DNA of 64,000 nucleotides from Cyanobacteria bacterium auto_48_18. Lineage in GTDB: Bacteria > Cyanobacteriota > Vampirovibrionia > Obscuribacterales > Obscuribacteraceae. The notes below the pieces were generated by a model. That model was not told the DNA's origin and ran no database searches. It saw only the letters and a list, made by a program, of their open reading frames with translations. Shown here piece after piece: positions 19,535 to 29,387 of this stretch (its first letter is position 1; each line of letters starts with the position of its first letter). The stretch is from the NCBI GenBank assembly GCA_036170915.1, contig JAVHQC010000034.1:32001-96000 (forward strand), in the 5' to 3' direction. Position numbers and translations under genes: made by a program.

Positions 19535-19571
19535 GATGGTTAGTTGCCCCAGTATTCAGCAACTAACCATC
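19535..19571. promoter_or_regulatory. 13-bp perfect inverted repeat immediately upstream of the kinase array (candidate operator or 5'-UTR hairpin)
   Basis: GATGGTTAGTTGC-N11-GCAACTAACCATC, ending 3 nt before the ATG at 19531; overlaps a minus-strand TATGAT. Confidence 0.5.
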
Positions 19572-19598
19572 ATAGCGCCATCAAGGCAAAAAACAACT

Positions 19599-21284
19599 CT
19601 ACTTAGTGTCACTATCTGATTTGCTGCTCACCATTACTTTCTTTGGGGGCAAACGTTTGTCGATGGCCTCAGCGGCATATTTTCGACCAAAGTTAAATAA
19701 GCGCCAGTCAGTTTCCAGGCTCTTGTTTCTTGTGGTTTGCTGCTCTTTTAATCTTTGCAATATATCGTGCGCCTTTTCTGGCGGCAGGTCGTCGAGGCCG
19801 GCAATTAGCGGCCCAATGCCGTCAGCTGAAAGGGTCATGGCGTAGTTGACATCAAAGTTCTTCGGCGCTTCATTTAGCACCAGGCCGATGTCTTGAGGAC
19901 GCAATTTTGCCTGAGCCATATTGCTAGCTTGAACCATAGCATCAGGATTAGCGATGTTTACGCCAAGCATAATCGCTACTCCTGAAAGGTAGCTGGCAAA
20001 AGCGAAGCGCTGGCGATTGCCACTGAGAACGGTGGCGGCAAAGATGGCACAAACAGAGCCAAGCCAGCTCATAAAAACGGTGACGTACAAGCGCAGCTCA
20101 GATTGACCAAAAGCAGCTTGATACAAATTCATACGCACAAAGGCAGATGAAAGAATCACCAGCACCAGGGCAATTTGAGTGCCTGCCAGAAGCCTGAATG
20201 TATATTCGCCCAGCTTTGATTTGCGCGTAAGCATGGCATCTGCAGCTAAGAGCAGTGGCAGCACCAGTGCCACCACGGTATTCAATTCGAAGAATCCTTT
20301 GTGTACATAATCAGCGTAACTCAGTCCAGGTGTAAGTTCTACCAGGCTGGCGCCACCAAACAGGTAACGCAATTGCACAATTACAAATCCGGCGAAAAGC
20401 AAATTGATTGATCCCAGCACTGTTGCCATTTCGGTCAAACCGAGGGTTAACCATTGTTTGTTTTCCACCACAGTGTCTGGAATCACCGCATTAAATCTGG
20501 TGGCACTTATACTTGTACTTGAAGTGGCACTTGAGTTGGCACTGATTAATTCAGAATTGAGCTGATCGTATTCAAATCCGTCATGCAGAGGTGCGATTAA
20601 AGGCGAATTTGGCTGGTCAATTTTAAATATCGAAAGTCCATGAAGAAAACCGGCTGCCAACCAGGCAGTGGCTGAACCGAGCACGAGGTTAGAGGCCAGA
20701 TCGGCAAAGTCAATTTTAAAAGTCTGCTGGGCAATGGCAGCAAATGCCGGGTCGGCCGCGAGGAATAAGCCGAGAAATATTCCCACTAGCGGTGTGGCTA
20801 TGGCTAAGCCTTTGAGAAATGCGGCGAGATATTTGGCTTTAGATTCAGACATCATCTCGTTCCAATTAATATTGCGCACCAGAAGTTCGATGGTGTTGAA
20901 GAGCGGCGTGATGGCGAAAGTAACTAATGCCGCCGCATAATTTGCCAGAGTACCTTTGCCAAGCGGGGTGCCCATTAGTGAGAATGATGTGCAGGCCAGG
21001 CCGGTGAAAATAATGCCCAGGTCAATGGCTAAAAGAGTGGGTGAATCACGCAGAACAAAGAAGAGAGAAAAGAGCACCGCCGGAATGAGAAATGCCAGAC
21101 CTTTGCGCCGTGACGCGATTTTGCTGGCGCAGGCGAGCAGGCTCGTGGCCAGGGCTAGAGCGATGGTCATCACCGGAACGGCGAGTCCGGCCATTGTATT
21201 CGATTGAAGGTTTGCCTTGAGCAGTATGTCGGCCAGCACACCCATAACAGCTGCTGAAGCCAGAATTGCTAGAGGAATATTCAT
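19599..21284 (-). CDS. DUF4153/DUF4173-family polytopic membrane protein
   Basis: Many TM helices; family-typical LFLAADPAF, YADYVHKGFFEL, RMNLYQAAFGQSELRLY, NPDAMV, LSADG. Confidence 0.8.
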   Translation of the reverse strand: MNIPLAILASAAVMGVLADILLKANLQSNTMAGLAVPVMTIALALATSLLACASKIASRRKGLAFLIPAVLFSLFFVLRDSPTLLAIDLGIIFTGLACTSFSLMGTPLGKGTLANYAAALVTFAITPLFNTIELLVRNINWNEMMSESKAKYLAAFLKGLAIATPLVGIFLGLFLAADPAFAAIAQQTFKIDFADLASNLVLGSATAWLAAGFLHGLSIFKIDQPNSPLIAPLHDGFEYDQLNSELISANSSATSSTSISATRFNAVIPDTVVENKQWLTLGLTEMATVLGSINLLFAGFVIVQLRYLFGGASLVELTPGLSYADYVHKGFFELNTVVALVLPLLLAADAMLTRKSKLGEYTFRLLAGTQIALVLVILSSAFVRMNLYQAAFGQSELRLYVTVFMSWLGSVCAIFAATVLSGNRQRFAFASYLSGVAIMLGVNIANPDAMVQASNMAQAKLRPQDIGLVLNEAPKNFDVNYAMTLSADGIGPLIAGLDDLPPEKAHDILQRLKEQQTTRNKSLETDWRLFNFGRKYAAEAIDKRLPPKKVMVSSKSDSDTK

Positions 21285-21565
21285 TGATTGGTTCTCTTTT
21301 AGAGTAGTCTTTTAACCGGAATAAAAATGTTAATTCAGGCACACGACAACGCAAGTGCTGCGCGCTGATTGCGCGCCACTCCAAGTTGGTGGTTGTGTGT
21401 TATTACCGTTATAACTCTGCGAAGTTAAGGCGCCGATCTATTCCTTAACCTCAAAAGCTTGTGTTAACTGACAAATTTCGCTGGGTGCTGCATTAGACTG
21501 GTGCTGTTAGAGCAAGTTAGACCTTGGTAAAGACTGGGGATGAAAAGTTAAGACAAGCTGAGTAA

Positions 21566-22438
21566 ATGAAAGGGAAAGCGATGCGCGACAAAATTGTGGC
21601 AGGGGCCGACCTGACCGGTTCAAAAGATAATCCGAACGAAGCCTGGTTGGTGGTTGGACGCTTCAGTAATCTGGGTTTTGAGCTAGTGGAAGTTAAGAAA
21701 ACAAGCTCTCACGCTTTAAATAAGGATCTGGCCGAGCACAAAACCTTAAGCGCTATTGGTATTGATTGCCCATTTTCTTTGCCTGCCGCATTTCTTGATT
21801 TTCTCGCTACTAAGAAGACCAAAAAGAGCTATCAATCCTGGCAAGAAGTGGTAGAAGAGTTGGTGTTTATTCCTTTTGATGAATTTACAGCTCTGGCTAA
21901 AGAATTTGGCAAAGAAGCGAAGCGCATTACTGATACTGCTGGTGGTGCTTCTGGTTTGAGCCCACTTAAGCGTGCCAACCCTGCCATGTTGCATCTGACT
22001 TATCACGGTATGCGCACCCTGGCGTCGCTTGACCCCAGTCGGTTTTTTGTACTGCCATTTCAGAACGCCATTCCTTTTGGTTGTGCCGTGCTTGAAGTGC
22101 AGCCCCGTGAAACTCTCAAATATCTTGGCATTACCGATGCTGTTTTTGTCACTAAAGAAAAACACGACGAAAATCTGGTTGAGGCCCACCGTGAGAAATT
22201 AGTACAAAATTTGCTCAAGGTCAAAGAACGCAAGGCTCTCACATTGAAAGAAATTCCCGCTTTGATTATTCAAAAATCTTTTTTGCATAATTTCCGCCAT
22301 TCTGACCGTGCCATCGATGCGCTGATTTCTTGCTACACCACTGCCATATTTAGTTTTGCTCCCACTCATTTTGATGATCCGTTTTCGTCAGACGCTCTGG
22401 AAGTCTTGTTAGAAGGATGGGTTTACCGGGCAAAGTAA
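21566..22438 (+). CDS. DUF429-family predicted nuclease (RNase H-like fold)
   Basis: GADLTG, IGIDCPFSLP, KRITD, EVQP, DALI motifs. Confidence 0.7.
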   Translation: MKGKAMRDKIVAGADLTGSKDNPNEAWLVVGRFSNLGFELVEVKKTSSHALNKDLAEHKTLSAIGIDCPFSLPAAFLDFLATKKTKKSYQSWQEVVEELVFIPFDEFTALAKEFGKEAKRITDTAGGASGLSPLKRANPAMLHLTYHGMRTLASLDPSRFFVLPFQNAIPFGCAVLEVQPRETLKYLGITDAVFVTKEKHDENLVEAHREKLVQNLLKVKERKALTLKEIPALIIQKSFLHNFRHSDRAIDALISCYTTAIFSFAPTHFDDPFSSDALEVLLEGWVYRAK

Positions 22439-22462
22439 TTTTGCAGTTGGCGAGACAATTTC

Positions 22463-23035
22463 GTGACATTAAAATACCGCCTGGCCGTTGATAGTGATTT
22501 TGACAAAATGGTGCTTCTGCAAAATCGCTACCTTGGCGCAAATCTTGATAGTGATCAGAAGAAAGATGGTTTTCTGTCAGGCCAGTTTACGTCGCAGCAA
22601 TTTAAGCGCATTAATGAGGATGTGGCGGTAATTGTGGCCGAGAGTCGTGAGGCAGAAGATGGGTCGAAGTTTAAAAATAGTATCGTGGCATTTTTGTGTG
22701 CTTCCACTCCAGAATTAAATCAATCATCGCCCTTACCGCGGGCAATGATCGGCGAGTTTCCCACTGCTATGCTGGAAGGCGAAAAGCTTTCACATCTGCA
22801 TCCTTTAATTTGTGGTCCTGTCTGCGTCGATGCTAGTTATCGCGGAAAGGGTCTGGTTACCGAGCTCTACAGTAAGCTTTTTCTACACATTGCCGACAGA
22901 TTCAAAGCAGCTGTGGTTTTCGTGGCTGTGGACAACCCGCGTTCGATAGCTGCCCACCATAAACTTGGCATGCAGGTAGTGAAAAATTTCCATTACGCTG
23001 AAAAAGAGTATGTGATTATGGCACTAAATCTGTAG
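22463..23035 (+). CDS. GNAT-family N-acetyltransferase
   Basis: GPVCVDASYRGKGL (motif A) and NPRSIAAHHKLG. Confidence 0.85.
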   Translation: MTLKYRLAVDSDFDKMVLLQNRYLGANLDSDQKKDGFLSGQFTSQQFKRINEDVAVIVAESREAEDGSKFKNSIVAFLCASTPELNQSSPLPRAMIGEFPTAMLEGEKLSHLHPLICGPVCVDASYRGKGLVTELYSKLFLHIADRFKAAVVFVAVDNPRSIAAHHKLGMQVVKNFHYAEKEYVIMALNL

Positions 23036-23077
23036 TAAGTCGTCTACGGCTCCGTCAAGTTTCCCTGAGGAGGGCGT

Positions 23078-23479
23078 ATGCGCACACTATTGTCTCTGGC
23101 TGCCGGTTTACTGGTAGCAATCAGTTGTTCGGCATCTATGGCATGGGCAGACGAGCCGCCGAAAGCAGATAATTCTGCTCACAATAAAGGGTCTATGCGC
23201 GAAGACGCTGTTACTGCTGAAAAGCAGGGTAATGCCAAAAGCGATATTGAGGTTTTGGCTAAAGTGCGTAAATCAATCGTAGCTGCAAAAGGGCTTTCCA
23301 TGAATGCCAAGAATGTCAAAATTCTTTCCAATGGTGGCTCTGTGACTTTGAAAGGGCCTGTGGATAGCGAGGCAGAGAAAAGCAGAGTTGAAGAGCTGGC
23401 TAAATCTTGCCGAGGTGTAACCGGAGTGACAAGTATGATCACGGTCGCCGAGCAAGCCACTAACCGTAACCCTAATTAA
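23078..23479 (+). CDS. BON-domain periplasmic protein (OsmY-like)
   Basis: GAGGAGG RBS, signal peptide, NVKILSNGGSVTLKGPVDSEAEK..VEELAK...GVTGV. Confidence 0.85.
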   Translation: MRTLLSLAAGLLVAISCSASMAWADEPPKADNSAHNKGSMREDAVTAEKQGNAKSDIEVLAKVRKSIVAAKGLSMNAKNVKILSNGGSVTLKGPVDSEAEKSRVEELAKSCRGVTGVTSMITVAEQATNRNPN

Positions 23480-23510
23480 TAACAAGCAAAATTTTTTGGA
23501 GATAAAGACG

Positions 23511-24029
23511 ATGTCACAATCAGTAATGGGAATTGTTCATACCCGCGAAGAAGCAGAATACATGGTAGATGCGCTTAAGGCCGGCGGTTTTACCAATGAT
23601 GATATTTCTGTGCTTTTCCCTGATAAGGAAGGCACCAAAGATTTTGCTCACGACAATTCTACTAAAGCGCCTGAAGGCGCCATCACCGGCGTCAGCGCCG
23701 GCGGCGTTATCGGCGGAGCACTTGGTCTTTTGGCCGGCATTGGCGCACTAGCTGTACCAGGTGTTGGTCCATTGATTGCAGCTGGCCCACTAATGGCCGC
23801 ACTAAGTGGCGCGGCGGTTGGAGCCACAATTGGTGGCGTCAGTGGTGCCTTGATTGGTATGGGCATTCCAGAATACGAAGCAAAATTGTATGAAGGCAAA
23901 GTGCGCGACGGCAACATTCTAATTGCAGTGCACGGCGCAAACAACGACCAGTTGAAAGTTGCTGAAGACCTCTTCAAAGCCAATCGTGCCACCGATGTTC
24001 ACCGCGTGGGCGAAATAGCAGTTAAGTAA
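23511..24029 (+). CDS. General stress protein 17M-like Gly-rich membrane protein
   Basis: GGAG RBS before ATG 23511; GGALGLLAGIGALAVPGVGPLIAAGPL...LIGMGIPEYEAK..EGKV..G.ILIAVH. Confidence 0.75.
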   Translation: MSQSVMGIVHTREEAEYMVDALKAGGFTNDDISVLFPDKEGTKDFAHDNSTKAPEGAITGVSAGGVIGGALGLLAGIGALAVPGVGPLIAAGPLMAALSGAAVGATIGGVSGALIGMGIPEYEAKLYEGKVRDGNILIAVHGANNDQLKVAEDLFKANRATDVHRVGEIAVK

Positions 24030-24046
24030 GCGCTGAGCTTAGTTTG

Positions 24047-24080
24047 AAAAGAGCACCTGGTTTCGGCGAGGTGCTCTTTT
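24047..24080. terminator. Bidirectional intrinsic terminator
   Basis: AAAAGAGCACCT-N10-AGGTGCTCTTTT between convergent genes. Confidence 0.8.
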
Positions 24081-24124
24081 GATGTGTTTTCAAAGCTGTA
24101 TGCATGAGAAGTAAATATTCATAG

Positions 24125-24706
24125 TCACACTTTTATGTTGGTGCCAAGCAAATCGAGGAATTTTTTGATCCACTGTGGATGCCCTGGCCAGGCCGCTGCA
24201 CTGACCAAATTGCCGTCGACATTGGCATTGGTAAAATCTTTATTCTGCTCCACAAATGTGCCACCGCAGGCAGTGATCTCAGGAGCCACCGCCGGATAGG
24301 CCATGCAGGATCTGCCATTTAAAACGCCGGCGGCCGTCAGAATCTGCGCGGCGTGACAGACTGCCGCCACCGGTTTATTTTTGTCGAAAAAATGCCTGAC
24401 GCAATCGAGCACATCTTTATTTAGTCGAAGATATTCAGGGGCACGGCCCCCTGAAATCACCAGAGCGTCATAAGTAGTGTAATCGATTTTGTCAAAGTCA
24501 GCGGTAATACCGAAGTTGTGACCGGGCTTTTCGGTGTAGGTCTGGTCACCTTCAAAGTCATGAATAGATGTTTTCACCTTATCGCCGGATTTTTTACCGG
24601 GACAAACACTGTCGACCTGGTGGCCAACCATGAGTAGCATCTGATATGGCACCATGGCCTCGTAGTCTTCCACAAAATCGCCAACAAGTTGAAGTATTTT
24701 GGCCAT
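24125..24706 (-). CDS. DJ-1/PfpI-family protein (glyoxalase III/deglycase-like)
   Basis: [39 protein letters not shown]; start placed at ATG 24706. Confidence 0.9.
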   Translation of the reverse strand: MAKILQLVGDFVEDYEAMVPYQMLLMVGHQVDSVCPGKKSGDKVKTSIHDFEGDQTYTEKPGHNFGITADFDKIDYTTYDALVISGGRAPEYLRLNKDVLDCVRHFFDKNKPVAAVCHAAQILTAAGVLNGRSCMAYPAVAPEITACGGTFVEQNKDFTNANVDGNLVSAAAWPGHPQWIKKFLDLLGTNIKV

Positions 24707-24775
24707 AGTTGCCCCAATTAAGATGAATGTCAGTGACAGTAAAATCACAGTAGATAGATTAGAGCAACTATACAC

Positions 24776-24804
24776 AAAAAAGCACCGGCAGCGCCGATGC
24801 TTTT
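24776..24804 (-). terminator. Intrinsic terminator for 24829-25101
   Basis: Minus strand AGCATCGGC-GCT-GCCGGTGCT followed by a T-run. Confidence 0.7.
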
Positions 24805-24828
24805 ATTTGGCTACCTGATTTTCGACTG

Positions 24829-25101
24829 TTAGCCGGCCCGTCTGCGAGAAATATGCATTGCTACCACGTTATCCATCAACTCTCTGGAAAAACGAGTTTC
24901 TACCTGATTCAACTGTGTTTCCTGTTCTGTCATTACTGCTGTGCCTGGGTCGAGCATAAAACTGAAATTATCAAAACCATCGTTGATTGCGGCATTTCTG
25001 CACCTGATTCTTCTTGCCTCAACCATGGCACTGTAATCGCTATGAAAATCCTTAATCACGGCATGTTTGATTAGCCGGTCTTTTAGATTGTTGTCTGACA
25101 T
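24829..25101 (-). CDS. Small hypothetical protein
   Basis: 90-aa ORF with a purine-rich RBS-like stretch (GAGGGTAGGG) and its own terminator. Confidence 0.55.
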   Translation of the reverse strand: MSDNNLKDRLIKHAVIKDFHSDYSAMVEARRIRCRNAAINDGFDNFSFMLDPGTAVMTEQETQLNQVETRFSRELMDNVVAMHISRRRAG

Positions 25102-25297
25102 TTCCCTACCCTCGTACTAAAGAACTTCACATCGATTGAGGACTTGGAAACCGGGTGGAAGTTCCGGATATTTGGGTCCAATTAATAAATTTATTTTGCT
25201 AGAAGCTTATGGGTAGCCGATTTGAGTCATGCATAGCTCAGCGTTAGTAGCCGATCTTACACAACAGAAACGCTGGAAGCATGACCAAGACTGAGCA

Positions 25298-26071
25298 TTA
25301 GTCGGCAGGCTTTTTCAGCGGCTGCGTGGGAACTCTTTCAAGTCTTTCACCAAGAGTAAACTTTGGCTCCGGCCGGCCTGCAAACTCAGGACGGCTGCGA
25401 ATGGCTTTTGCTTCGGAGAGTCGATTTTCGGCTGTGAGGAAGTCGGCATACTCGAGCCATACCAACTTTTCAAAGGCAGGGTCATGCTTAGATTTGGTCA
25501 AACTTGCCGTCGCTGCCTTAAAGAAACGTTCAGCATCTTTGCTGTTTTTCTTCAAAGCGCTAGCCCTGGCTTTTTCCAGATTTTTCAGGGCGCTTGTGTC
25601 CGCCGCACCTTCTTTCGATTTCGATTCAACTGTGCCGGTTTGCCCTTTCACTTTGTCAGGGGCAACGATAAAATTGCCATCTATAATTTGAATAGGCCCA
25701 GGTTTAAGCGGAGTGCTATCTGTTTTATTGCTGCTTTGGGCAAAGACGCTACTGCAAGAAATCACGAGAGCCCAAAAAGAAGCGGCAATTTGCCTGACTC
25801 TGCGAGCGGCATCTCTGATTTTCCTCAAGCCCACTGGACAGTCTTCGGTAAGCATAGTGCCGTCAGCCCGACGATAAATGCGCAAACATGAGGCGCTACC
25901 CCCGGCCAAAAGTTCCACCACCTCTTTTTTGCTCATCTGGCTGGTGTTGTAGACATTGAGCTGGCACGAGCCGCAAAAGCGCACCTTGTCTGTGCCTTCC
26001 ATGTTTTCCCAGCCGATATTGCAAGGCGAGGCAATCATCACGTCATTTAAAGGGTTTGATTCTTCGTTCAT
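25298..26071 (-). CDS. Hypothetical single-pass membrane protein with N-terminal Cys-rich domain and TPR-like C-terminus
   Basis: IASPC..GWENM.G.DKVRFCGSCQLNVYN...CLRIYRRADGT..TEDCPVG, then a hydrophobic segment; GAGG RBS. Confidence 0.7.
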   Translation of the reverse strand: MNEESNPLNDVMIASPCNIGWENMEGTDKVRFCGSCQLNVYNTSQMSKKEVVELLAGGSASCLRIYRRADGTMLTEDCPVGLRKIRDAARRVRQIAASFWALVISCSSVFAQSSNKTDSTPLKPGPIQIIDGNFIVAPDKVKGQTGTVESKSKEGAADTSALKNLEKARASALKKNSKDAERFFKAATASLTKSKHDPAFEKLVWLEYADFLTAENRLSEAKAIRSRPEFAGRPEPKFTLGERLERVPTQPLKKPAD

Positions 26072-26147
26072 GGTGACCTCTATGTGGTCGAGCTTAAAAC
26101 ACTATACCCGGGTACAACATTGATAATTTATTTTTGAAAGGCACAAA

Positions 26148-28142
26148 ATGGCAATAGTCGGCAACGCTAATCCTTACATGGAAAAATTGGCTGCCATCGG
26201 CAATAAGATTGGACTGAACGATGAGCAGTTCACTGCCGCTTCGGTGACCGCCGAGCACGAGCTCAAGCACAATCCATCACTCTACAAGTTTAAGGTGGGT
26301 GCGCTGGCCTTTGTCGGTTATGCCTTCATTGGCGTGATTATTTCTCTCGTGGGCCTTGCTTTGTGGGGCAGCTGGTCGCTGGTGATTTCGAGTCATATGC
26401 GGGTTTACAGCTGGAAGCTCTTGCTGGTGTTGGGCTTACTTCTGTGGGCACTGCTAAAGTCACTGTGGATTAAAATGCCACCACCGGAAGGCATTGAAGT
26501 TAAGCGCAGTGACGCCCCCGAATTGTTCAAAATGATTGATGAACTGTCGCAGGCTCTGCACACCAAGGTCGATAAGGTTCTAATTAATGGTGAGTACAAT
26601 GCCTCGGTGGTGCAAGTGCCCATGTTAGGTTTTCTCGGCTTGTTTAGAAATTACATGAATCTTGGGTTGCCCTTGATGCTGATACATAGTGCTGATGAAT
26701 TTAAGGCCGTGGTCGCGCATGAACTGGGGCACTTGTCAGGAAATCACAGCAAATCGAGCGCCTGGATCTACAATCTGCGCAAACGCTGGAGTAATCTTCT
26801 AATCAATTCGCAAGACAACCCGTTCTTTACGGTGTTTTATCTTTTTCTCAGTTGGTTTTCTCCGCGCTTTGATGCTTACTCTCTTGCTATGGCACGCGCG
26901 CACGAATTAGAAGCTGACGCTGACGCCGTTAAAATTACAGGGCCCCACGCTTTTAGTATGGGCATGATGCGGCTTGAAAGTGCCGGCGGTCTAATCGAAA
27001 GAAAATTTTGGAAGAAAATGAATGATTTGATCAATCATGAATCTAATCCACCAGAAAATAGTTATGAACGATATCGCAACGAAGTAAACTCATCGTTGCC
27101 TGAGAAAGAAGTATTGCAAAAAGCGCTTATGCAGGCGTTTAAGCAAGAGGCGCGGGCCGAGTCTACCCATCCTTCTTTAAAGCAGCGGTTGTTGCACGGC
27201 CATTTTGATGCTGTGGTATCACTGGACGAAAAGAGCTGCCCTGATGATAAGCTAATTGAAAAGTTGCTCAAACCTGTTGACACTACAGAGAGTGCCGGCG
27301 CAGTTTATCTTGGTCAGTGGTTTGATCAGGCACTCAAGCTTCAGAGTGCCGTTTGGGCACACCAGGCTGCCGACATCTGGCACCTCGAGCACAACTATCG
27401 CAAGAGTGCCAATGACCGCTTGACTGAACTTGATCAACTGATGGAAAAGCAAAGTTTGACGGCCGGTGAACTCAAGGAGAAAGCTCATCTTTTGCTTGTT
27501 TTAGATCAGGAAAGTTCTACTCTGCCGATTTATGAGCAATTATTTGAGATGGATCCGGACGATATTATCTCTCAATACAACATGGGCATAGTGCTGCTCA
27601 ATAGCGACAACGACCGAGGCATTGATGTAATTAAATCTGCAATGTCTAAGCGTTTACACCTGGCAGGTGACGGCTGCCCCTTTGCTATTTCTTATTTGAA
27701 GAAACAAAATCGCGACGCTGAAGCAAAGCATTTCGAAGACCTCTATAAAGACTACGAAGAAGAAGCTCACAAGGCACGCAAAGAAAGAATCGATGTAGAT
27801 GGCAAATCTCAACTGGAAGTGAACCAATTAACAGAAGAAGAGCGAGAACATTTGCAAGAAGTATTCAGGCAGTTCGACAAGATTTCTTACGTCTATATTG
27901 TTCGCAAGAAGGTTGAGTATTTTCAGTATTTGCCGTTTATGGCCGTTGGTATTGAAATGAATACTTCTGTTTTTAGTGGCCACGAGGCGGAAGACAAGTT
28001 AGAGCTGGCCACGTGGATGAAGCACAACCTGGGTCTGCCACACGAATTTTGTGTGATCACTTTTGAACTGGGTTCTAAGGCTTTGAAAGATAATATGAAA
28101 GCAGTGCCTGGCTCGCTGGTTTATAGCACTTATAAAAAGTGA
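26148..28142 (+). CDS. M48-family zinc metallopeptidase (HtpX/Ste24-like) with TPR-like C-terminal region
   Basis: Two N-terminal TMs, YNASV, HELGH, ELEAD, STHPSLKQRL. Confidence 0.88.
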   Translation: MAIVGNANPYMEKLAAIGNKIGLNDEQFTAASVTAEHELKHNPSLYKFKVGALAFVGYAFIGVIISLVGLALWGSWSLVISSHMRVYSWKLLLVLGLLLWALLKSLWIKMPPPEGIEVKRSDAPELFKMIDELSQALHTKVDKVLINGEYNASVVQVPMLGFLGLFRNYMNLGLPLMLIHSADEFKAVVAHELGHLSGNHSKSSAWIYNLRKRWSNLLINSQDNPFFTVFYLFLSWFSPRFDAYSLAMARAHELEADADAVKITGPHAFSMGMMRLESAGGLIERKFWKKMNDLINHESNPPENSYERYRNEVNSSLPEKEVLQKALMQAFKQEARAESTHPSLKQRLLHGHFDAVVSLDEKSCPDDKLIEKLLKPVDTTESAGAVYLGQWFDQALKLQSAVWAHQAADIWHLEHNYRKSANDRLTELDQLMEKQSLTAGELKEKAHLLLVLDQESSTLPIYEQLFEMDPDDIISQYNMGIVLLNSDNDRGIDVIKSAMSKRLHLAGDGCPFAISYLKKQNRDAEAKHFEDLYKDYEEEAHKARKERIDVDGKSQLEVNQLTEEEREHLQEVFRQFDKISYVYIVRKKVEYFQYLPFMAVGIEMNTSVFSGHEAEDKLELATWMKHNLGLPHEFCVITFELGSKALKDNMKAVPGSLVYSTYKK

Positions 28143-28188
28143 CTATTGCTTTAGGACTTGTGAGGGTCTGTTTTCAAAGCCTAAGAAA

Positions 28189-28236
28189 TTTTACAACTCA
28201 TAAGTTGTATCATTTTACAACCTGGAGGTTGTAAAA
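28189..28236. repeat. Tandem pair of 24-bp palindromic units (TTTTACAAC-N6-GTTGTA)
   Basis: TTTTACAACTCATAAGTTGTATCA immediately followed by TTTTACAACCTGGAGGTTGTAAAA. Confidence 0.7.
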
Positions 28237-28304
28237 AAACGTAAGGCAGCATTTTTGTGTTCCACCCACAGGGCTAAAATCGAACCAATCCCAGCCACTG
28301 AAAA

Positions 28305-29387
28305 TCAAAAACCAATTTTATTCAAAAGCTTCTGAGCTGATGGATGTGACTTGATACGGTCAGTAATTCCCTTCATGTCTCTGGCCATATTTTCATTGTT
28401 CATGCCATATAAAGAATAGGCGATTAACTCGTGCACTTCGTTCAAATAGTCTTGGCCCACCGTGCCTAAGACCTGCCGCACATTTGAGATGCGCTTTACA
28501 CGCCAGGTGTCGGCGTAGGGTTCGTCGCTTGAAGAATTTTCTTTCGCTTTGAAAAATTCAATTTTGAGTATGACTTCGTCACTAATAATAGGGCTATAAA
28601 AACGCAGACCAACATGTGCAAATTGGTCAGGCGAGTATGGGCTTTTACTGACGTTTAAATCAGGGCCGCCGTCCAGTGGCAGAGCTGATTCAACTGCAGG
28701 TGTCTCCGGCGGCGGTTCGTCTAATTCACCTCCGATAGTGACTGCAGTCATTCCCTTAAAATTACTCTGACTGAAACCATGATCAGCTAAAATACGCCGC
28801 AGTGTTGCACCACGATCGTTGGGGTGGCAGTTTGCCAGGCGGCCTGGAATTGTGGCCGGATGATTGTGCATGTAATTTTCCATACGCTCAAAAGCTGTAT
28901 TCTTGAGCTTGCCCACTTCGCCGCCAAGTTCTTTTCCCACTGTGCGCAAAAAATCAGTAGATTCGCCGGCAGCGTAAGCAGGTGTCTCCCAGAAGTTTAC
29001 TCGCAACTTTGCAGGTAAAATTGATGTTGACTGATCATAGTGAGAGTCACCATATGTGACGGGTGCGTTCAGCGCTTTACTGATGGCTTCAAGCATTTGT
29101 GTGCGCAGTTTCGCTTTGGCCATGGCCAGGGCACCACTTGCCACTTGAAGCTGAAAAGCAGTTAGCTTTGGTGTGGTTAAAGCCGGATAGACGAGCACAT
29201 CGTCAAGCAAGTTATCCACAAGTTCAGCGGTCATCACGCGCCTTTCAAAACCTAACGAATCGTGATTTTGAGCCGCCATCATTGCTTCTTGCAGTGCGTA
29301 AAGAGGCGTAGTTGTCCAGTACCAGTAGCCGGCGCCGGCTGCTGAGAGTAAGACGATAAGCGAGAGCACTATTGCCTTGATCTTCAG
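28305..29387 (-). CDS. Membrane-anchored hypothetical protein (DUF2939-like N-terminus)
   Basis: TM then YWYWTTTPLYAL..AAQNHD...F.RRV. Track starts at GTG 29369; an in-frame CTG at 29387 follows GAGGA and is preferred here. Confidence 0.6.
   Translation of the reverse strand: MKIKAIVLSLIVLLSAAGAGYWYWTTTPLYALQEAMMAAQNHDSLGFERRVMTAELVDNLLDDVLVYPALTTPKLTAFQLQVASGALAMAKAKLRTQMLEAISKALNAPVTYGDSHYDQSTSILPAKLRVNFWETPAYAAGESTDFLRTVGKELGGEVGKLKNTAFERMENYMHNHPATIPGRLANCHPNDRGATLRRILADHGFSQSNFKGMTAVTIGGELDEPPPETPAVESALPLDGGPDLNVSKSPYSPDQFAHVGLRFYSPIISDEVILKIEFFKAKENSSSDEPYADTWRVKRISNVRQVLGTVGQDYLNEVHELIAYSLYGMNNENMARDMKGITDRIKSHPSAQKLLNKIGF

Noticed and set aside
21566..22438. DUF429 gene as a transposase or defence nuclease
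   Set aside because: No terminal inverted repeats, target duplication or defence-type neighbours
28189..28236. CRISPR mini-array or dif site
   Set aside because: Only two abutting units with no spacer and no cas genes; does not match the XerC/XerD dif consensus
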